Numbered from the stretch's first letter, positions 27,502 through 38,784 are shown. The stretch is DNA of 64,000 nt from an uncultured Flavobacteriales bacterium (GCA_964403835.1 CAYOHR010000001.1:5862-69861), one strand, 5' to 3'. Made by a program: numbers and translations. Notes: generated from the sequence alone by a model not told the origin.

Positions 27502-30500
27502 ATGTTTAAAAAATGCTCTACCCTCCTCTTTGTAGCTGTTTTTATTTTTAGTTGCAGCAATAAAAAATTTGATAGAAAAACAAGTATTAATCCTGAGTTT
27601 GCAAAGTATATAAGCGCTTTTACTTCAGGTATGGTTTCTACGCATACTCCTATTCGGGTTCGCTTAACCAGCCCCGCCCAAGGAAAACTAGATGCCGAAT
27701 CTGCAAAAAGTCTTTTTGAATTTGAGCCGGCCATAAATGGTACAGCCCGTTGGACTGATGAATATACTGTTGAATTTTTACCGGCAGGGCCCCTTCCCCA
27801 GAATGAATTTTACCAGGCCCGTTTTCATTTAAACAAATTAATTAGTCCTTTAGCGAAAAATTTAGGCGTGTTTGAGTTCGATTTTAAAACCTTTAAACAA
27901 CATATTAGCATAGAAGTCGATGATATTAAAACGTACGACAAAAATGATCTCACACATTTAAAACTTACTTGCAAAATTCTTTTAGCAGATCAGCCTCTTA
28001 TAGAGGATTTACAAAAAACAATTACTGTTTTACACGAAGGCAAAACCATGCAAATTGAATGGTTGCAAAATGAAGGAGCCAATGTTTATTATTTTCAGAT
28101 AGATAGCATTCAACGCAGAAAAACGCCCTCTTCCTTAATCATCAATTTCGATGGAAAGCCTATTAAAGCTAAAGAAACCGGATCTCAATCAGTAAAAATT
28201 CCTGCCCTGGGCCAATTTCAGATCCTAAACACCAAAGTACATGAAGAACCTAATCAATATATCTCCATCCAGTTTTCTGATCCACTTGAAGAAAATCAAG
28301 ATTTATCAGGCCTTTTAGAGTTAGAAGGATTTTCAAAATACCGAAACACTTTATCTAAAAATTCTCAAAACGATAACGAATACTATTACAACAATTACAA
28401 CACAATTGATGTCTCTATAGAAGACAATCAAATTAAGCTTTTTCCTCCTTCTCATATTTCGGGAACCAAACAATTGATTATTCATGCCGGCATTAAAAAT
28501 AGCCTAAATCAATCCTTGTTAAATGAAGAGAAAATTAGCGTGCAGTTCGAAGACTTAAAACCCGCTGCCAGACTGTTAGGAGACGGAGTCATTATCCCTA
28601 ATTCGGAAGGACTTATTTTTCCTTTTGAAGCCGTTAATTTAAATGCTGTTGATGTAAAAATATATGAAATATATGAAAACAACATGAAACAGTTTTTGCA
28701 AGTCAATAATATGAATGGCGAAAATCAATTGCAACGTGTTGGAAAAGCTGTTTACAAGGGGCGGCTAAATTTAATTTCGGATAAATCCCTGGATTATAGC
28801 CGCTGGAATTCCTTTAAATTAGATATTTCTAAATTAATTACTCCCACTGCTGGTGCTTTGTACCGGGTCGAACTTTCGTTCCGGAAAAAATATTCTTTGT
28901 ACCCCTGTGCAAATGATGAAAAAGCAGAAGATAAAAGCATGGCCGAAATAGAAGATTCCAAATTAGATGAGGATGATCAAAACCATGAATATGATATGTA
29001 TGATGGAGATTATTATGAGGAAGATTATTACGAAGACTATGATTATCAGCAAAGAGATAACCCTTGCCATCAAACATACTATACACAATACAATAAAAAA
29101 ATTGCACGAAATATTTTCTCTTCAAACTTGGGTATTATTGCCAAACGAGGCGATAACGGAAAAATGACCGTAGCTATCAGCAATTTAATTAATACAAAAC
29201 CCGAATCGTCTGTTTTGGTTGAAGTTTATAATTATCAAAATCAATTATTGGGTAGTTCTTCAACCGGCCCAAGCGGTATTGCCGAAATAAACATTACCGG
29301 TAAACCTTATATGCTGGTAGCCAAAAAAGAAGCACAACGCGGCTACCTTCGCGTCGATGATGGCTCATCTTTATCATTAAGTATGTTTGAAGTAGGCGGA
29401 GGAGAAACCCAAAAGGGCCTAAAGGGCTTTTTATATGGCGAACGAGGGGTTTGGAGACCTGGCGATTCCTTGCATTTAACCTTTATTTTACAAGATAAAG
29501 AGCATACGCTGCCCCCGCAATACCCGGTTTTGTTGGAATTATATAATCCACAAGGACAATTATACAAACGTGTAATGAATAATAAACCGGTTGATTATTT
29601 TTATCATTTTGCTATGAGTACTGATGCCAATGCGCCCACCGGTGCATGGACAGCTAAAGTAAAAGCGGGCGGCGCAAGCTTTGAACAAGCTATTCGCATC
29701 GAAACCATTAAACCTAATCGGCTCAAAATTCAATTTACTCCAAACAGCCATTTTGTGAAAGCAAATGAGCCTTTTAGCGGTAAATTACAAGTCAATTGGA
29801 TGCACGGTGCCATTGCTAAAAACTTAAATACGACCATTAATGCTTCTTTAAGCCCCACCAAAACGGCATTTAAACCTTTTAAAGACTACATTTTTGATTA
29901 TCCGGCCAGTGATTATAGCCCCGAAGATATCGAGGTTTTTGATGGTTCTGTGGATGAAAATGGCCTTGCCGATATTAATGCAGACTTTAGCATTAGTGAC
30001 AACGCTCCTGGTATGATGAAAGCTAATTTTTTAATTCGCGTGTTCGAAAACGGAGGCGATTTTAGCATCGACCAGTTTTCGACTACTATTTCGCCCTATT
30101 CGCATTACGTAGGTTTAAAAATGCCCGAACCCAAAACCAAAAGTTATTATTTAGAAACCGATTCCACCCATAAAATACAAATTGCTACGGTCGATCAAAT
30201 GGGAAATCCCGTTGCCCGGCAAAACCTAGAAGTAACCATTTACAAAATTGATTGGCGCTGGTGGTGGGAAAACTCAAATAACAATGGCCTATCAAGCTAT
30301 CGGAATAATTCCTCCTATAAAAAAGTGAGTGAAGGTACTGCGTATACCAATTCAAAAGGAATGGGCACCTTCCCCTTTAAAATTAATAGCCCCGAATATG
30401 GCCGGTATATGGTTGTAATTACAGATCCTGAATCGAAACACGTGACAGGCTCAACCTTTTATTGCGATTGGCCGGGCTGGATGGACCGTTCAAATAGAAA

Positions 30501-33150
30501 AGAACAAACCGGAGCTACACAATTATCTTTTTCACTCGACAAAACCACCTATAAAACTGGTGAAACAGCCAAGGTAAGCATCCCAAGTAGTTCAGGGGCA
30601 AGAGCCTTTGTATCGATAGAAACAGGTTCAAAAATATTAAAAGCGGAATACATTGAAACACAAGATAATACAACCGATTATGCGTTTGCGATTACCAAAG
30701 AAATGACTCCGAATATTTTTGTGCATGTAACCCTAGTACAGCCTCATAATTTCACACGTAACGACCAACCCATTCGGTTGTATGGAGTAGTGCCTGTGAT
30801 GGTAGAAGACCCGGCAACCCGGCTGACTCCGGTTATTACCATGCCGAAAGAATTGCGTCCTCAAGAAAAATTTACCGTACAAGTAAAAGAGAAAGATGCA
30901 AAAGAAATGACTTATACCTTAGCCATTGTTGATGAGGGTTTGCTGGATATTACCCATTTTAAAACGCCTGATCCGTATAATTATTTCTACGCCAAAGAAG
31001 CCCTAGGTATTAAAACCTTTGATATGTATGATTTAGTGATGGGTGCTTTTGGTGGCGAGTTAAGCAGCTTATTAGCAGCCGGTGGTAGCGACGAGGCCGA
31101 AGGTAAAAAAGGACGAAAAGCGCAGCGATTTAAACCCGTTGTAAAATTTATGGGCCCTTTTCACCTAAAAGCAGGTACGGCACAAAACCACACCATTACT
31201 TTGCCCGAATACATTGGCTCGGTACGTACCATGGTTATTGCAGGGCATGATAATGCCTATGGTTCAGCCGAGAAATCGACTCCGGTTAAAAAACCATTGA
31301 TGATATTAGCCACCGCTCCGCGCGTAATTGGCCCCGACGAAACATTTAAAGTCCCGGTCACCGTTTTTGTGTCCGATGCCAGCATTAAAAATACACAAGT
31401 TAGCATTTCGGTAAATGGAATGCTCCAGGTGCAAGGCGAAAAAACAAAACAAGTCAGTTTCAAAAAACCCGGCGAAGAAACCATTCCTTTCGAAATAACA
31501 TCAAACAAGGGGATTGGTATAGCCAATATTGAAGTGGTAGCTACCAGCGGTAAAGAAACCACTAAATACACCATTGAAATGGATGTACGCGCTTCTAACC
31601 CTGTGACTACCCAAACCATAGAACAAATAGTTCAAGCGGGCGAAACCAAAGAAATAGCGTACGAATTATTTGGATATGATGGCACCAATAAAGCGAGCAT
31701 TGAATTATCTGCTATTCCGGCCATTGATTTGGAACGCAGATTGAATTATTTGCTTCAATATCCGCATGGATGTGTCGAACAAACCACTTCATCTGTATTT
31801 CCGCAATTATTTGTGGGCAACTTTGTAGATTTACCGGAGGTTCGAAAAAAAGAGATTGCCCGTAATATTAAAGCTGGAATTACTCGTTTGCAATCATTTC
31901 AAACCTACGACGGCGGCTTTGCTTATTGGCCCGGCAATAGCGATGCCGATAGCTGGGGAAGTAATTATGCCATTCATTTCTTGTTAGAAGCTGAAAAACA
32001 AGGCTATTCTTTGCCCGGAAATTTGAAAAACAAAATGATGGAATTTCAGAAAAAACGAGCTCAAAACTGGAGTGGCGGAAAAACCTATTATGATGAAGAT
32101 GCCATACAATCGTATCGCTTATATACATTAGCTTTAGCCGGTAAGTCAGAATTAGGCGCTATGAACCGTTTGCGAGAGAAAAAGAATTTAAGCAACAATG
32201 CCAAGTGGAGATTGGCAGCCAGTTATTTATTAGCCGGACAAACCGAAGTAGCTAAAAAATTAACTACCACAGCCACTACAGCGGTTCCTAAATATCAAGA
32301 ATTGTCCTACACATACGGCTCTGATACACGCGATCAAGCGATGATTTTAGAAACCATGGTTTTAATGGGCGATATATCTAAAACCAAATCATTGGTTGAT
32401 GATATTTCTGCGAGTCTGCGGTCGCAAAATTGGATGAGTACCCAATCTACGGCATATTCTTTGCTTGGTTTATCTAAATTTATGGAGAAAAACAAGTTCG
32501 ATAAATCTTTAAATGCAACTGTACAAGCCAATGCGCAGGCGGCTATTAAAATAATAAGCCGTAAAGCCATGGCTAGTCAAAAATTAGATATTCAAAAGAC
32601 CAAAACAGGTAAAATAAAAATTAGCAATGCCGGAGGCGGAATGATTTACGCTCGTTTGATTATGGAAGGTGTCCCGGCACAAGGTCAGGAACAAGCCGCT
32701 AACAACCATCTTTCTATGCAAATTACTTACCAAGATTTAGATGGAAACCCAATAGATGTAAGTGCTTTACAACAGGGCACCGATTTTGTGGCGGAAGTGG
32801 TGATCTCAAACCCCGGAAGCAGGGGAAATTTGCAAGAATTGGCCTTGACACAAATATTTCCATCCGGTTGGGAAATTATGAATACCCGCTTTTTAGAGGG
32901 GTCTTTTGCTAAACAAAAAGGAGCTTCTTCCTATGATTATCAAGATGTGCGTGATGATCGGGTATATACTTATTTTGATTTGAATTCGAATAAGAAAGTA
33001 TCTTATAAGGTGGTATTAAATGCCTCGTATATTGGCAAGTATTATTTGCCGGCCACTTATTGCGAAGCCATGTACGATCATAGCATTAATGCCAGCAACA
33101 CCGGTAAATGGGTGCAAGTGGTAGAAACAGGTAAGTTGAGTATGAAATAA
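27502..33150 (+). CDS. Bacterial alpha-2-macroglobulin family lipoprotein (YfhM/ECAM-like)
   Basis: 1882 aa. Lipobox VFIFSCSN. Thioester motif GCVEQ. MG-domain-like repeats. Followed by pbpC, as is typical. Confidence 0.9.
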   Translation: MFKKCSTLLFVAVFIFSCSNKKFDRKTSINPEFAKYISAFTSGMVSTHTPIRVRLTSPAQGKLDAESAKSLFEFEPAINGTARWTDEYTVEFLPAGPLPQNEFYQARFHLNKLISPLAKNLGVFEFDFKTFKQHISIEVDDIKTYDKNDLTHLKLTCKILLADQPLIEDLQKTITVLHEGKTMQIEWLQNEGANVYYFQIDSIQRRKTPSSLIINFDGKPIKAKETGSQSVKIPALGQFQILNTKVHEEPNQYISIQFSDPLEENQDLSGLLELEGFSKYRNTLSKNSQNDNEYYYNNYNTIDVSIEDNQIKLFPPSHISGTKQLIIHAGIKNSLNQSLLNEEKISVQFEDLKPAARLLGDGVIIPNSEGLIFPFEAVNLNAVDVKIYEIYENNMKQFLQVNNMNGENQLQRVGKAVYKGRLNLISDKSLDYSRWNSFKLDISKLITPTAGALYRVELSFRKKYSLYPCANDEKAEDKSMAEIEDSKLDEDDQNHEYDMYDGDYYEEDYYEDYDYQQRDNPCHQTYYTQYNKKIARNIFSSNLGIIAKRGDNGKMTVAISNLINTKPESSVLVEVYNYQNQLLGSSSTGPSGIAEINITGKPYMLVAKKEAQRGYLRVDDGSSLSLSMFEVGGGETQKGLKGFLYGERGVWRPGDSLHLTFILQDKEHTLPPQYPVLLELYNPQGQLYKRVMNNKPVDYFYHFAMSTDANAPTGAWTAKVKAGGASFEQAIRIETIKPNRLKIQFTPNSHFVKANEPFSGKLQVNWMHGAIAKNLNTTINASLSPTKTAFKPFKDYIFDYPASDYSPEDIEVFDGSVDENGLADINADFSISDNAPGMMKANFLIRVFENGGDFSIDQFSTTISPYSHYVGLKMPEPKTKSYYLETDSTHKIQIATVDQMGNPVARQNLEVTIYKIDWRWWWENSNNNGLSSYRNNSSYKKVSEGTAYTNSKGMGTFPFKINSPEYGRYMVVITDPESKHVTGSTFYCDWPGWMDRSNRKEQTGATQLSFSLDKTTYKTGETAKVSIPSSSGARAFVSIETGSKILKAEYIETQDNTTDYAFAITKEMTPNIFVHVTLVQPHNFTRNDQPIRLYGVVPVMVEDPATRLTPVITMPKELRPQEKFTVQVKEKDAKEMTYTLAIVDEGLLDITHFKTPDPYNYFYAKEALGIKTFDMYDLVMGAFGGELSSLLAAGGSDEAEGKKGRKAQRFKPVVKFMGPFHLKAGTAQNHTITLPEYIGSVRTMVIAGHDNAYGSAEKSTPVKKPLMILATAPRVIGPDETFKVPVTVFVSDASIKNTQVSISVNGMLQVQGEKTKQVSFKKPGEETIPFEITSNKGIGIANIEVVATSGKETTKYTIEMDVRASNPVTTQTIEQIVQAGETKEIAYELFGYDGTNKASIELSAIPAIDLERRLNYLLQYPHGCVEQTTSSVFPQLFVGNFVDLPEVRKKEIARNIKAGITRLQSFQTYDGGFAYWPGNSDADSWGSNYAIHFLLEAEKQGYSLPGNLKNKMMEFQKKRAQNWSGGKTYYDEDAIQSYRLYTLALAGKSELGAMNRLREKKNLSNNAKWRLAASYLLAGQTEVAKKLTTTATTAVPKYQELSYTYGSDTRDQAMILETMVLMGDISKTKSLVDDISASLRSQNWMSTQSTAYSLLGLSKFMEKNKFDKSLNATVQANAQAAIKIISRKAMASQKLDIQKTKTGKIKISNAGGGMIYARLIMEGVPAQGQEQAANNHLSMQITYQDLDGNPIDVSALQQGTDFVAEVVISNPGSRGNLQELALTQIFPSGWEIMNTRFLEGSFAKQKGASSYDYQDVRDDRVYTYFDLNSNKKVSYKVVLNASYIGKYYLPATYCEAMYDHSINASNTGKWVQVVETGKLSMK
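31771..31782 (+). other. Thioester motif CVEQ of the alpha-2-macroglobulin
   Basis: TGT GTC GAA CAA in frame (codon 1424 = Cys), in the context YPHGCVEQTTSS. Confidence 0.85.
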
Positions 33151-33180
33151 AGGAAAGAGGATGATTTCTTCTTTTAATTC

Positions 33181-35559
33181 ATGAAACAAAAACTGGTTAA
33201 TATTATCAATCGAAAAAGTGTTCGATTAGCAATAGGAATCGTGCTTGTTTTCTTGTGTATTAAAATTTTCTTTCCAAAAACCCTTTTTGAAGCGAGTTAT
33301 TGCACGGTTTTGTTGGATAAAGAAGGAAATGTTTTATCGGCTCGTATAGCCAAAGATGCCCAGTGGCGTTTCCCGGAGCGCGATTCCGTGCCAGAAAAAT
33401 ACAAAAAATGCCTCCTGTATTTCGAAGATGAATATTTCTATTATCATCCGGGGATTAATATAGGGTCCATTGGCCGGGCTATCCAGCAAAATATTTCTAA
33501 AAAGCGGGTATTTAGTGGGGGCAGCACCATTACCATGCAATTGGCGCGTATCTCGGGCAATCATGCAAAGCGAGGTTTTTTGATCAAATGCTGGGAAGCC
33601 ATTCAGGCTATTGGCATAGAAATTGCCTATCCAAAAGAAAAAATACTCAATCTATATGTCAGTCATGCTCCTTTTGGAAGTAATGTTGTTGGTTTAGATG
33701 CTGCTTCGTGGCGATATTTTGGTTTAGCTCCCGAAAAACTATCCTGGGCCGAAAGCGCTACCCTGGCTGTATTACCCAATGCTCCTTCTTTAATTTATCC
33801 GGGAAAAAACCAGGATAAATTGCGCTTAAAACGGAATAGACTGCTTTTAAAAATGCTAAACAAACAAGTATTTGATTCCACCACCTATCTTTTGGCTATA
33901 TCAGAACCCTTGCCACAAGGTAGTTTTCCAATTCCTAAATTTGCACCGCACTTGCTCGATCGGGCTGTACAAGAGGGTATGGATGAAGCTATTACTAAAA
34001 CTACTCTGGATGCCAATCTTCAAAAAAATGTGATGGATATTTGTCGTATTCATCATCAAACCTTAAAAGGAAATCACATTTACAATATTGCTGCCCTGGT
34101 CATCAATGTTGAAACAGGGAATGCCTTGGCTTATGTAGGAAATACACCCTTTGATTACAGCAAAAAACATGGGGCCGAAGTAGATATTATTAAAGCCCAA
34201 AGAAGTACAGGAAGCATCTTAAAACCCTTTTTATATGCCGCTTGCATAGAAGAAGGCACTACCCTGCCCGACATGTTAGTGCCGGATGTACCCAGCTATT
34301 TTGAAGGTTATTCTCCAAAAAACTATGCCGAAACGTTTGATGGAGCCGTGCCCGCCCATAAAAGCTTAGCGCGCTCACTCAATATCCCCTCGGTATTAAT
34401 GCTTAAAAAACAGGGTATTCCCAAGTTTTTAAATACCCTAAATAAAGTAGGATTAAATTCCATCAAAGAATCGGCCGATCATTATGGTTTATCGCTTATT
34501 TTAGGAGGTGCCGAATCAAATTTATGGGAGTTATGTGGTGCTTACGCCAGCATGACGCGTACGTTGAATCATTATACCTTGTACAATGGGAAATATAATG
34601 CCTCCGACCTGCATCCATTGAATTATTTATATGCATGGAATGCACCTACTCCGCTCTTAAAAGAAAATTCGTCCTTGCCCTTTAGTGCCGCCAGCATTTG
34701 GTTTACGTATGATGCATTATTAAAAGTAAACCGACCCGAAGAAGAAGCCAGTTGGGATTTATTTTCATCCTCCCAAAAAATTGCTTGGAAAACCGGCACC
34801 AGCTTTGGCATGCGCGATGCATGGGCCATTGGAAGTACGCCCAAATATTTGGTGGGTGTTTGGGTCGGGAATGCAGATGGAGAAGGTCGTCCGGGATTAA
34901 CCGGGACCGCCGTGGCAGCACCTGTTATGTTTCATATTTTTAATGCTTTGCCTAAACAATATGAGTGGTTTAATAAACCTTTTGATGAGATGACACAAGT
35001 ACCCATTTGCCACGAGAGTGGACATAGAAATTCACCTTTGTGTGAGCATATAGATACTTGTTGGATACCTAAAACTGCCTTGCGAAGCCAGGCTTGCCCG
35101 TATCATAAACTCATTCACCTCGATCAACAAAGTATATATCGAGTAAATGAAAGCTGCGAAGAACCGGAAAAAATGAAGCATGTGCCCTGGTTTATTTTAC
35201 CCCCTTCCATGGCGTATTATTATCAGCAAAAACATGCCGATTATAAACCTTTACCCCCATATAGAGCCGATTGCGAAGGTTTTGAAAAAAGAGCGATGGA
35301 AATTGTTTACCCCCTTGCAAATTCTAAACTCTTTATTCCCCGCGATTTTGATCAAAAACCCACCCAAATTATTTTTGAAGCGGTTCACCAGCACCCAAAA
35401 ACACAGGTATTCTGGCATATAGATGGTCAGTATATAGGAGCCACAACCCATATTCATCAACAAGCGCTGCAACCCAAGGTAGGAAAACATACCTTGGTTT
35501 TAGTAGATCAGCAAGGCGAGGAAGTTTCGGTTAAGTTTGAGGTGGTTGAGAAGAATTAA
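33181..35559 (+). CDS. pbpC: Penicillin-binding protein 1C (bifunctional transglycosylase/transpeptidase)
   Basis: FEDEYFYYHPGIN and GGSTITMQLAR (GT51). STGSILKP and KTGTS (transpeptidase). 792 aa, adjacent to A2M. Confidence 0.9.
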   Translation: MKQKLVNIINRKSVRLAIGIVLVFLCIKIFFPKTLFEASYCTVLLDKEGNVLSARIAKDAQWRFPERDSVPEKYKKCLLYFEDEYFYYHPGINIGSIGRAIQQNISKKRVFSGGSTITMQLARISGNHAKRGFLIKCWEAIQAIGIEIAYPKEKILNLYVSHAPFGSNVVGLDAASWRYFGLAPEKLSWAESATLAVLPNAPSLIYPGKNQDKLRLKRNRLLLKMLNKQVFDSTTYLLAISEPLPQGSFPIPKFAPHLLDRAVQEGMDEAITKTTLDANLQKNVMDICRIHHQTLKGNHIYNIAALVINVETGNALAYVGNTPFDYSKKHGAEVDIIKAQRSTGSILKPFLYAACIEEGTTLPDMLVPDVPSYFEGYSPKNYAETFDGAVPAHKSLARSLNIPSVLMLKKQGIPKFLNTLNKVGLNSIKESADHYGLSLILGGAESNLWELCGAYASMTRTLNHYTLYNGKYNASDLHPLNYLYAWNAPTPLLKENSSLPFSAASIWFTYDALLKVNRPEEEASWDLFSSSQKIAWKTGTSFGMRDAWAIGSTPKYLVGVWVGNADGEGRPGLTGTAVAAPVMFHIFNALPKQYEWFNKPFDEMTQVPICHESGHRNSPLCEHIDTCWIPKTALRSQACPYHKLIHLDQQSIYRVNESCEEPEKMKHVPWFILPPSMAYYYQQKHADYKPLPPYRADCEGFEKRAMEIVYPLANSKLFIPRDFDQKPTQIIFEAVHQHPKTQVFWHIDGQYIGATTHIHQQALQPKVGKHTLVLVDQQGEEVSVKFEVVEKN

Positions 35560-35655
35560 ATGAATATCATAGAATATTACCTGAGTGGTTTATAATCTAT
35601 TATGATGTATCGCTAATTGTTTATTATATTTGCTAAAATTTTCGGTTTAAAACCT

Positions 35656-36567
35656 ATGGAATTATTAAAATCTAAGCCGTTTTCTCTTCCTAGTTCAAGA
35701 GTTGATCAAGTCTCCGTAGAAGAACGCGTTGCTCGTTTTCAATCAAGAAGTATCAAAAAAGAATCGAAGTTGCAAGGACTAAAATTAGCCCTAAACATGA
35801 TTGATTTGACCACTTTAGAAGGGAAAGACACCATTCATAAAGTACAGCAATTGTGTTATAAAGCGCAACATTTGCATGATGCCTATGAGGGTTTACCCAC
35901 GGTAGCCGCCATTTGCGTATACCCATCGATGGTTAAAACCGCAAAAGCAGCCCTTAAAAATTCAGGCATTAAAGTCGCCTCCGTTTCTACCGCTTTTCCA
36001 AGCGGACAAGCCCCTTTAAACATTAAAATTGAAGATACCCAATTTGCAGTATCAGAAGGAGCCGATGAAATTGATATGGTTATTTCGAGAGGGAAATTTT
36101 TAACGGGCGATTATCAATATGTTTTTGATGAAATTGCAGCCATTAAAGAGGCTTGCGGAAAAGCACGCTTAAAAGTGATTTTAGAAACCGGTGAAATTGG
36201 TTCATTAGATAAAATAAGAAAGGCGAGCGATATCGCCATTTTAGCCGGTGCTGATTTTATTAAAACCTCTACCGGAAAAATAGCTCCTGCAGCTACCATG
36301 CCTGTTACCTTGGTTATGTTAGAAGCCATTAAAGATCATTTTTATAAAACCGGTAAAATGGTGGGTATGAAGCCTGCCGGGGGAATTTCAACCTCTAAAT
36401 TAGCGCTTCAATATTTAGTCATGCTGCACGAAACATTAGGTGCCGCTTGGATGAGCAATACTTGGTTCCGATTTGGAGCCAGTAGCTTAGCAAACGATTT
36501 ACTGATGCAAATTGGCAAGGAAAAAACAGGGGTTTATCAATCAAAAGACTATTTTTCAATCGATTAA
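35656..36567 (+). CDS. deoC: Deoxyribose-phosphate aldolase (long, type-2 form)
   Basis: GADEIDMVI and ADFIKTSTGK (Schiff-base Lys context). The ATG at 35656 is preferred over the TTG at 35617. Confidence 0.85.
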   Translation: MELLKSKPFSLPSSRVDQVSVEERVARFQSRSIKKESKLQGLKLALNMIDLTTLEGKDTIHKVQQLCYKAQHLHDAYEGLPTVAAICVYPSMVKTAKAALKNSGIKVASVSTAFPSGQAPLNIKIEDTQFAVSEGADEIDMVISRGKFLTGDYQYVFDEIAAIKEACGKARLKVILETGEIGSLDKIRKASDIAILAGADFIKTSTGKIAPAATMPVTLVMLEAIKDHFYKTGKMVGMKPAGGISTSKLALQYLVMLHETLGAAWMSNTWFRFGASSLANDLLMQIGKEKTGVYQSKDYFSID

Positions 36568-36619
36568 GAACATTTAAGACTTCAAATAATTTTTAATTTA
36601 ACATAGAATATAATTAAAC

Positions 36620-37282
36620 ATGAAATCAAAATTTTTTTTCTCAATATCATCTCTTATTATTTTGTTAATGAATGATATAAAATCACAAACAACTACAACT
36701 GAGAGTAAAAAAAGTATTGGGATTTCACTGGGAAGTGGTGTGATATTTCAAAAAAATCAGACTAATCAGGCTAATTTTTTTATTTTTGCACCTAGCTTTT
36801 TTATAAGCAAAAACAAGCATTCTATTGAAATAGCACCTATTTTCATAAATAATAATCCCCGGGAATACCAGGATAAAGGAAAATACTATGGATTAACTGG
36901 ATCTTATTCTTGGTTTCCAAATGGCAATGAAAATAGATTTAATTTGCTCTTAAAATATCAATTTGCAGCCACTTTTAATATTTATTCAGGAGGTCCGTGG
37001 ACCTCTTACGATTTAAAATATGGGATACCAACTTATGAACTAAAACGACAAGTATTAAATCAGAATTATATTAATTCTCTCCTTACTGGGTTTTCTTTTA
37101 ATATTAATAAAAAATTCTTTGCACAATATGAAGTTGGTATTGGAAATCTTATTTACGTGCAAAAAAGCAAAGACAACACTAAGGACTATAGACTAAACTC
37201 TCAATATGAAGATACATACAAATATCATGGTCAAATTTTTCCTGTAATTCTTACTAAAGTATCAATTGGGATAAGATTATAG
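36620..37282 (+). CDS. Hypothetical secreted protein, possibly a small OM beta-barrel
   Basis: Signal peptide MKSKFFFSISSLIILLMNDIKSQ. Alternating-pattern strands. No known motif. Confidence 0.55.
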   Translation: MKSKFFFSISSLIILLMNDIKSQTTTTESKKSIGISLGSGVIFQKNQTNQANFFIFAPSFFISKNKHSIEIAPIFINNNPREYQDKGKYYGLTGSYSWFPNGNENRFNLLLKYQFAATFNIYSGGPWTSYDLKYGIPTYELKRQVLNQNYINSLLTGFSFNINKKFFAQYEVGIGNLIYVQKSKDNTKDYRLNSQYEDTYKYHGQIFPVILTKVSIGIRL

Positions 37283-37316
37283 ATAAAAATCGGCCTTCAT
37301 AAAACATTTCATCAAT

Positions 37317-38783
37317 ATGATCAAAGAACCTACCTTAGAATTCAATACAGCCTGGGCCTATGCGCCTTCGCCTGAAAGCACTTCGCATATCAATATTCAA
37401 AAAAAATACGACCTATTTATTGATGGAAAATGGGTAAAGCCCAGTTCCGGTAAGTATTTCGATACCATTAACCCGGCTACCGAAGAAAAATTGGCTGAAA
37501 TTGCTTTGGGCAGTGAAAAAGATGTGGATAAGGCTGTAAAAGCGGCTCGCAAAGCCTATGAAAACGTGTGGAGTAAAATATCGGCCAGTGAACGAAGCAA
37601 ATATCTATATAGAATTGCTCGCTTAATACAAGAACGGGCTCGCGAATTTGCTGTTATTGAAACTTTAGATGGCGGAAAACCCATTCGCGAATCACGCGAT
37701 ATTGATATTCCTTTGGTTGCGGCACATTTCTTTTATTATGCAGGTTGGGCCGATAAATTAGAATATGCTTTTCCGGGTAAAAAAGTTTCTTCTATTGGAG
37801 TTGCAGGACAAATTATTCCCTGGAATTTCCCATTGTTAATGGCCGCCTGGAAAATAGCGCCCGCCTTAGCTGCAGGAAATACCGTAGTTTTAAAACCAGC
37901 CGAAACTACCTCTTTAACAGCTTTAAAATTAGCCGAATTATTACAAGATGCCGGTTTACCTGATGGTGTGGTAAATATTGTTACCGGCGCCGGCGAAACA
38001 GGTGCAGCCTTGGTTAACCACCCGGACATCAATAAAATAGCCTTTACCGGTTCCACCAATGTGGGCAAATTAATTCAAAAAAGCATTGCAAATACCTCTA
38101 AAAAATTAACACTTGAATTAGGCGGAAAAGCAGCGAATATCATTTTTGAAGATGCCCCTATCAACCAAGCTATTGAAGGGGTTATTAACGGAATATATTT
38201 CAATCAAGGGCATGTTTGTTGTGCCGGATCTCGCTTATTTGTTGAAGAATCGGTGTACGATGAAGTAATTAGAAAGCTGAAAGACCGCATGAGTACTTTG
38301 GTGGTAGGTAATCCTTTAGATAAAAACACCGATGTAGGTGCCATTAACTCAAAAGAACAATTAAATACCATTAACAAATACTTAAAAATTGGTAAAGAAG
38401 AAGGCTCTGAAATGTTTCAAGCCGCTTGTGAATTGCCAAAAAAAGGATTTTGGTGTAAACCTACCTTGTTTTTAAACACCAGTCAATCGAACCGCATTGT
38501 GCAGGAAGAAATTTTTGGACCCGTTTTAGCAGTGCAAACTTTTAGAACCATCGATGAAGTCTTAGAAAAAGCAAATAACACGCCTTACGGCTTATCTGCT
38601 GGTGTTTGGACAGACAAAGGCTCGAAGATATTTAATTTAACCAATAAATTGCGCGCAGGGGTTATTTGGGCCAATACCTATAACAAATTTGATCCTACTT
38701 CTCCTTTTGGAGGGTATAAAGAAAGCGGATTTGGTCGCGAAGGAGGCTTGCATGGCTTATTACCTTATGTTTCGTTGAGTTAA
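37317..38783 (+). CDS. NAD(P)-dependent aldehyde dehydrogenase
   Basis: 488 aa. PWNFP, FTGSTNVG, ELGGKAANIIF and catalytic FNQGHVCCAGSR motifs are all present. Confidence 0.9.
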   Translation: MIKEPTLEFNTAWAYAPSPESTSHINIQKKYDLFIDGKWVKPSSGKYFDTINPATEEKLAEIALGSEKDVDKAVKAARKAYENVWSKISASERSKYLYRIARLIQERAREFAVIETLDGGKPIRESRDIDIPLVAAHFFYYAGWADKLEYAFPGKKVSSIGVAGQIIPWNFPLLMAAWKIAPALAAGNTVVLKPAETTSLTALKLAELLQDAGLPDGVVNIVTGAGETGAALVNHPDINKIAFTGSTNVGKLIQKSIANTSKKLTLELGGKAANIIFEDAPINQAIEGVINGIYFNQGHVCCAGSRLFVEESVYDEVIRKLKDRMSTLVVGNPLDKNTDVGAINSKEQLNTINKYLKIGKEEGSEMFQAACELPKKGFWCKPTLFLNTSQSNRIVQEEIFGPVLAVQTFRTIDEVLEKANNTPYGLSAGVWTDKGSKIFNLTNKLRAGVIWANTYNKFDPTSPFGGYKESGFGREGGLHGLLPYVSLS

Positions 38784-38784
38784 G

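Noticed and set aside
31257-31619. Antisense or out-of-frame ORFs of 60-130 aa inside long genes (for example 31257..31619, 37736..38068, 39683..40072, 45334..45684, 11714..12046, 5351..5638, 53110..53427)
   Set aside because: They are fully nested in well-supported genes with strong family motifs, have odd composition and no motifs. These are typical shadow ORFs.
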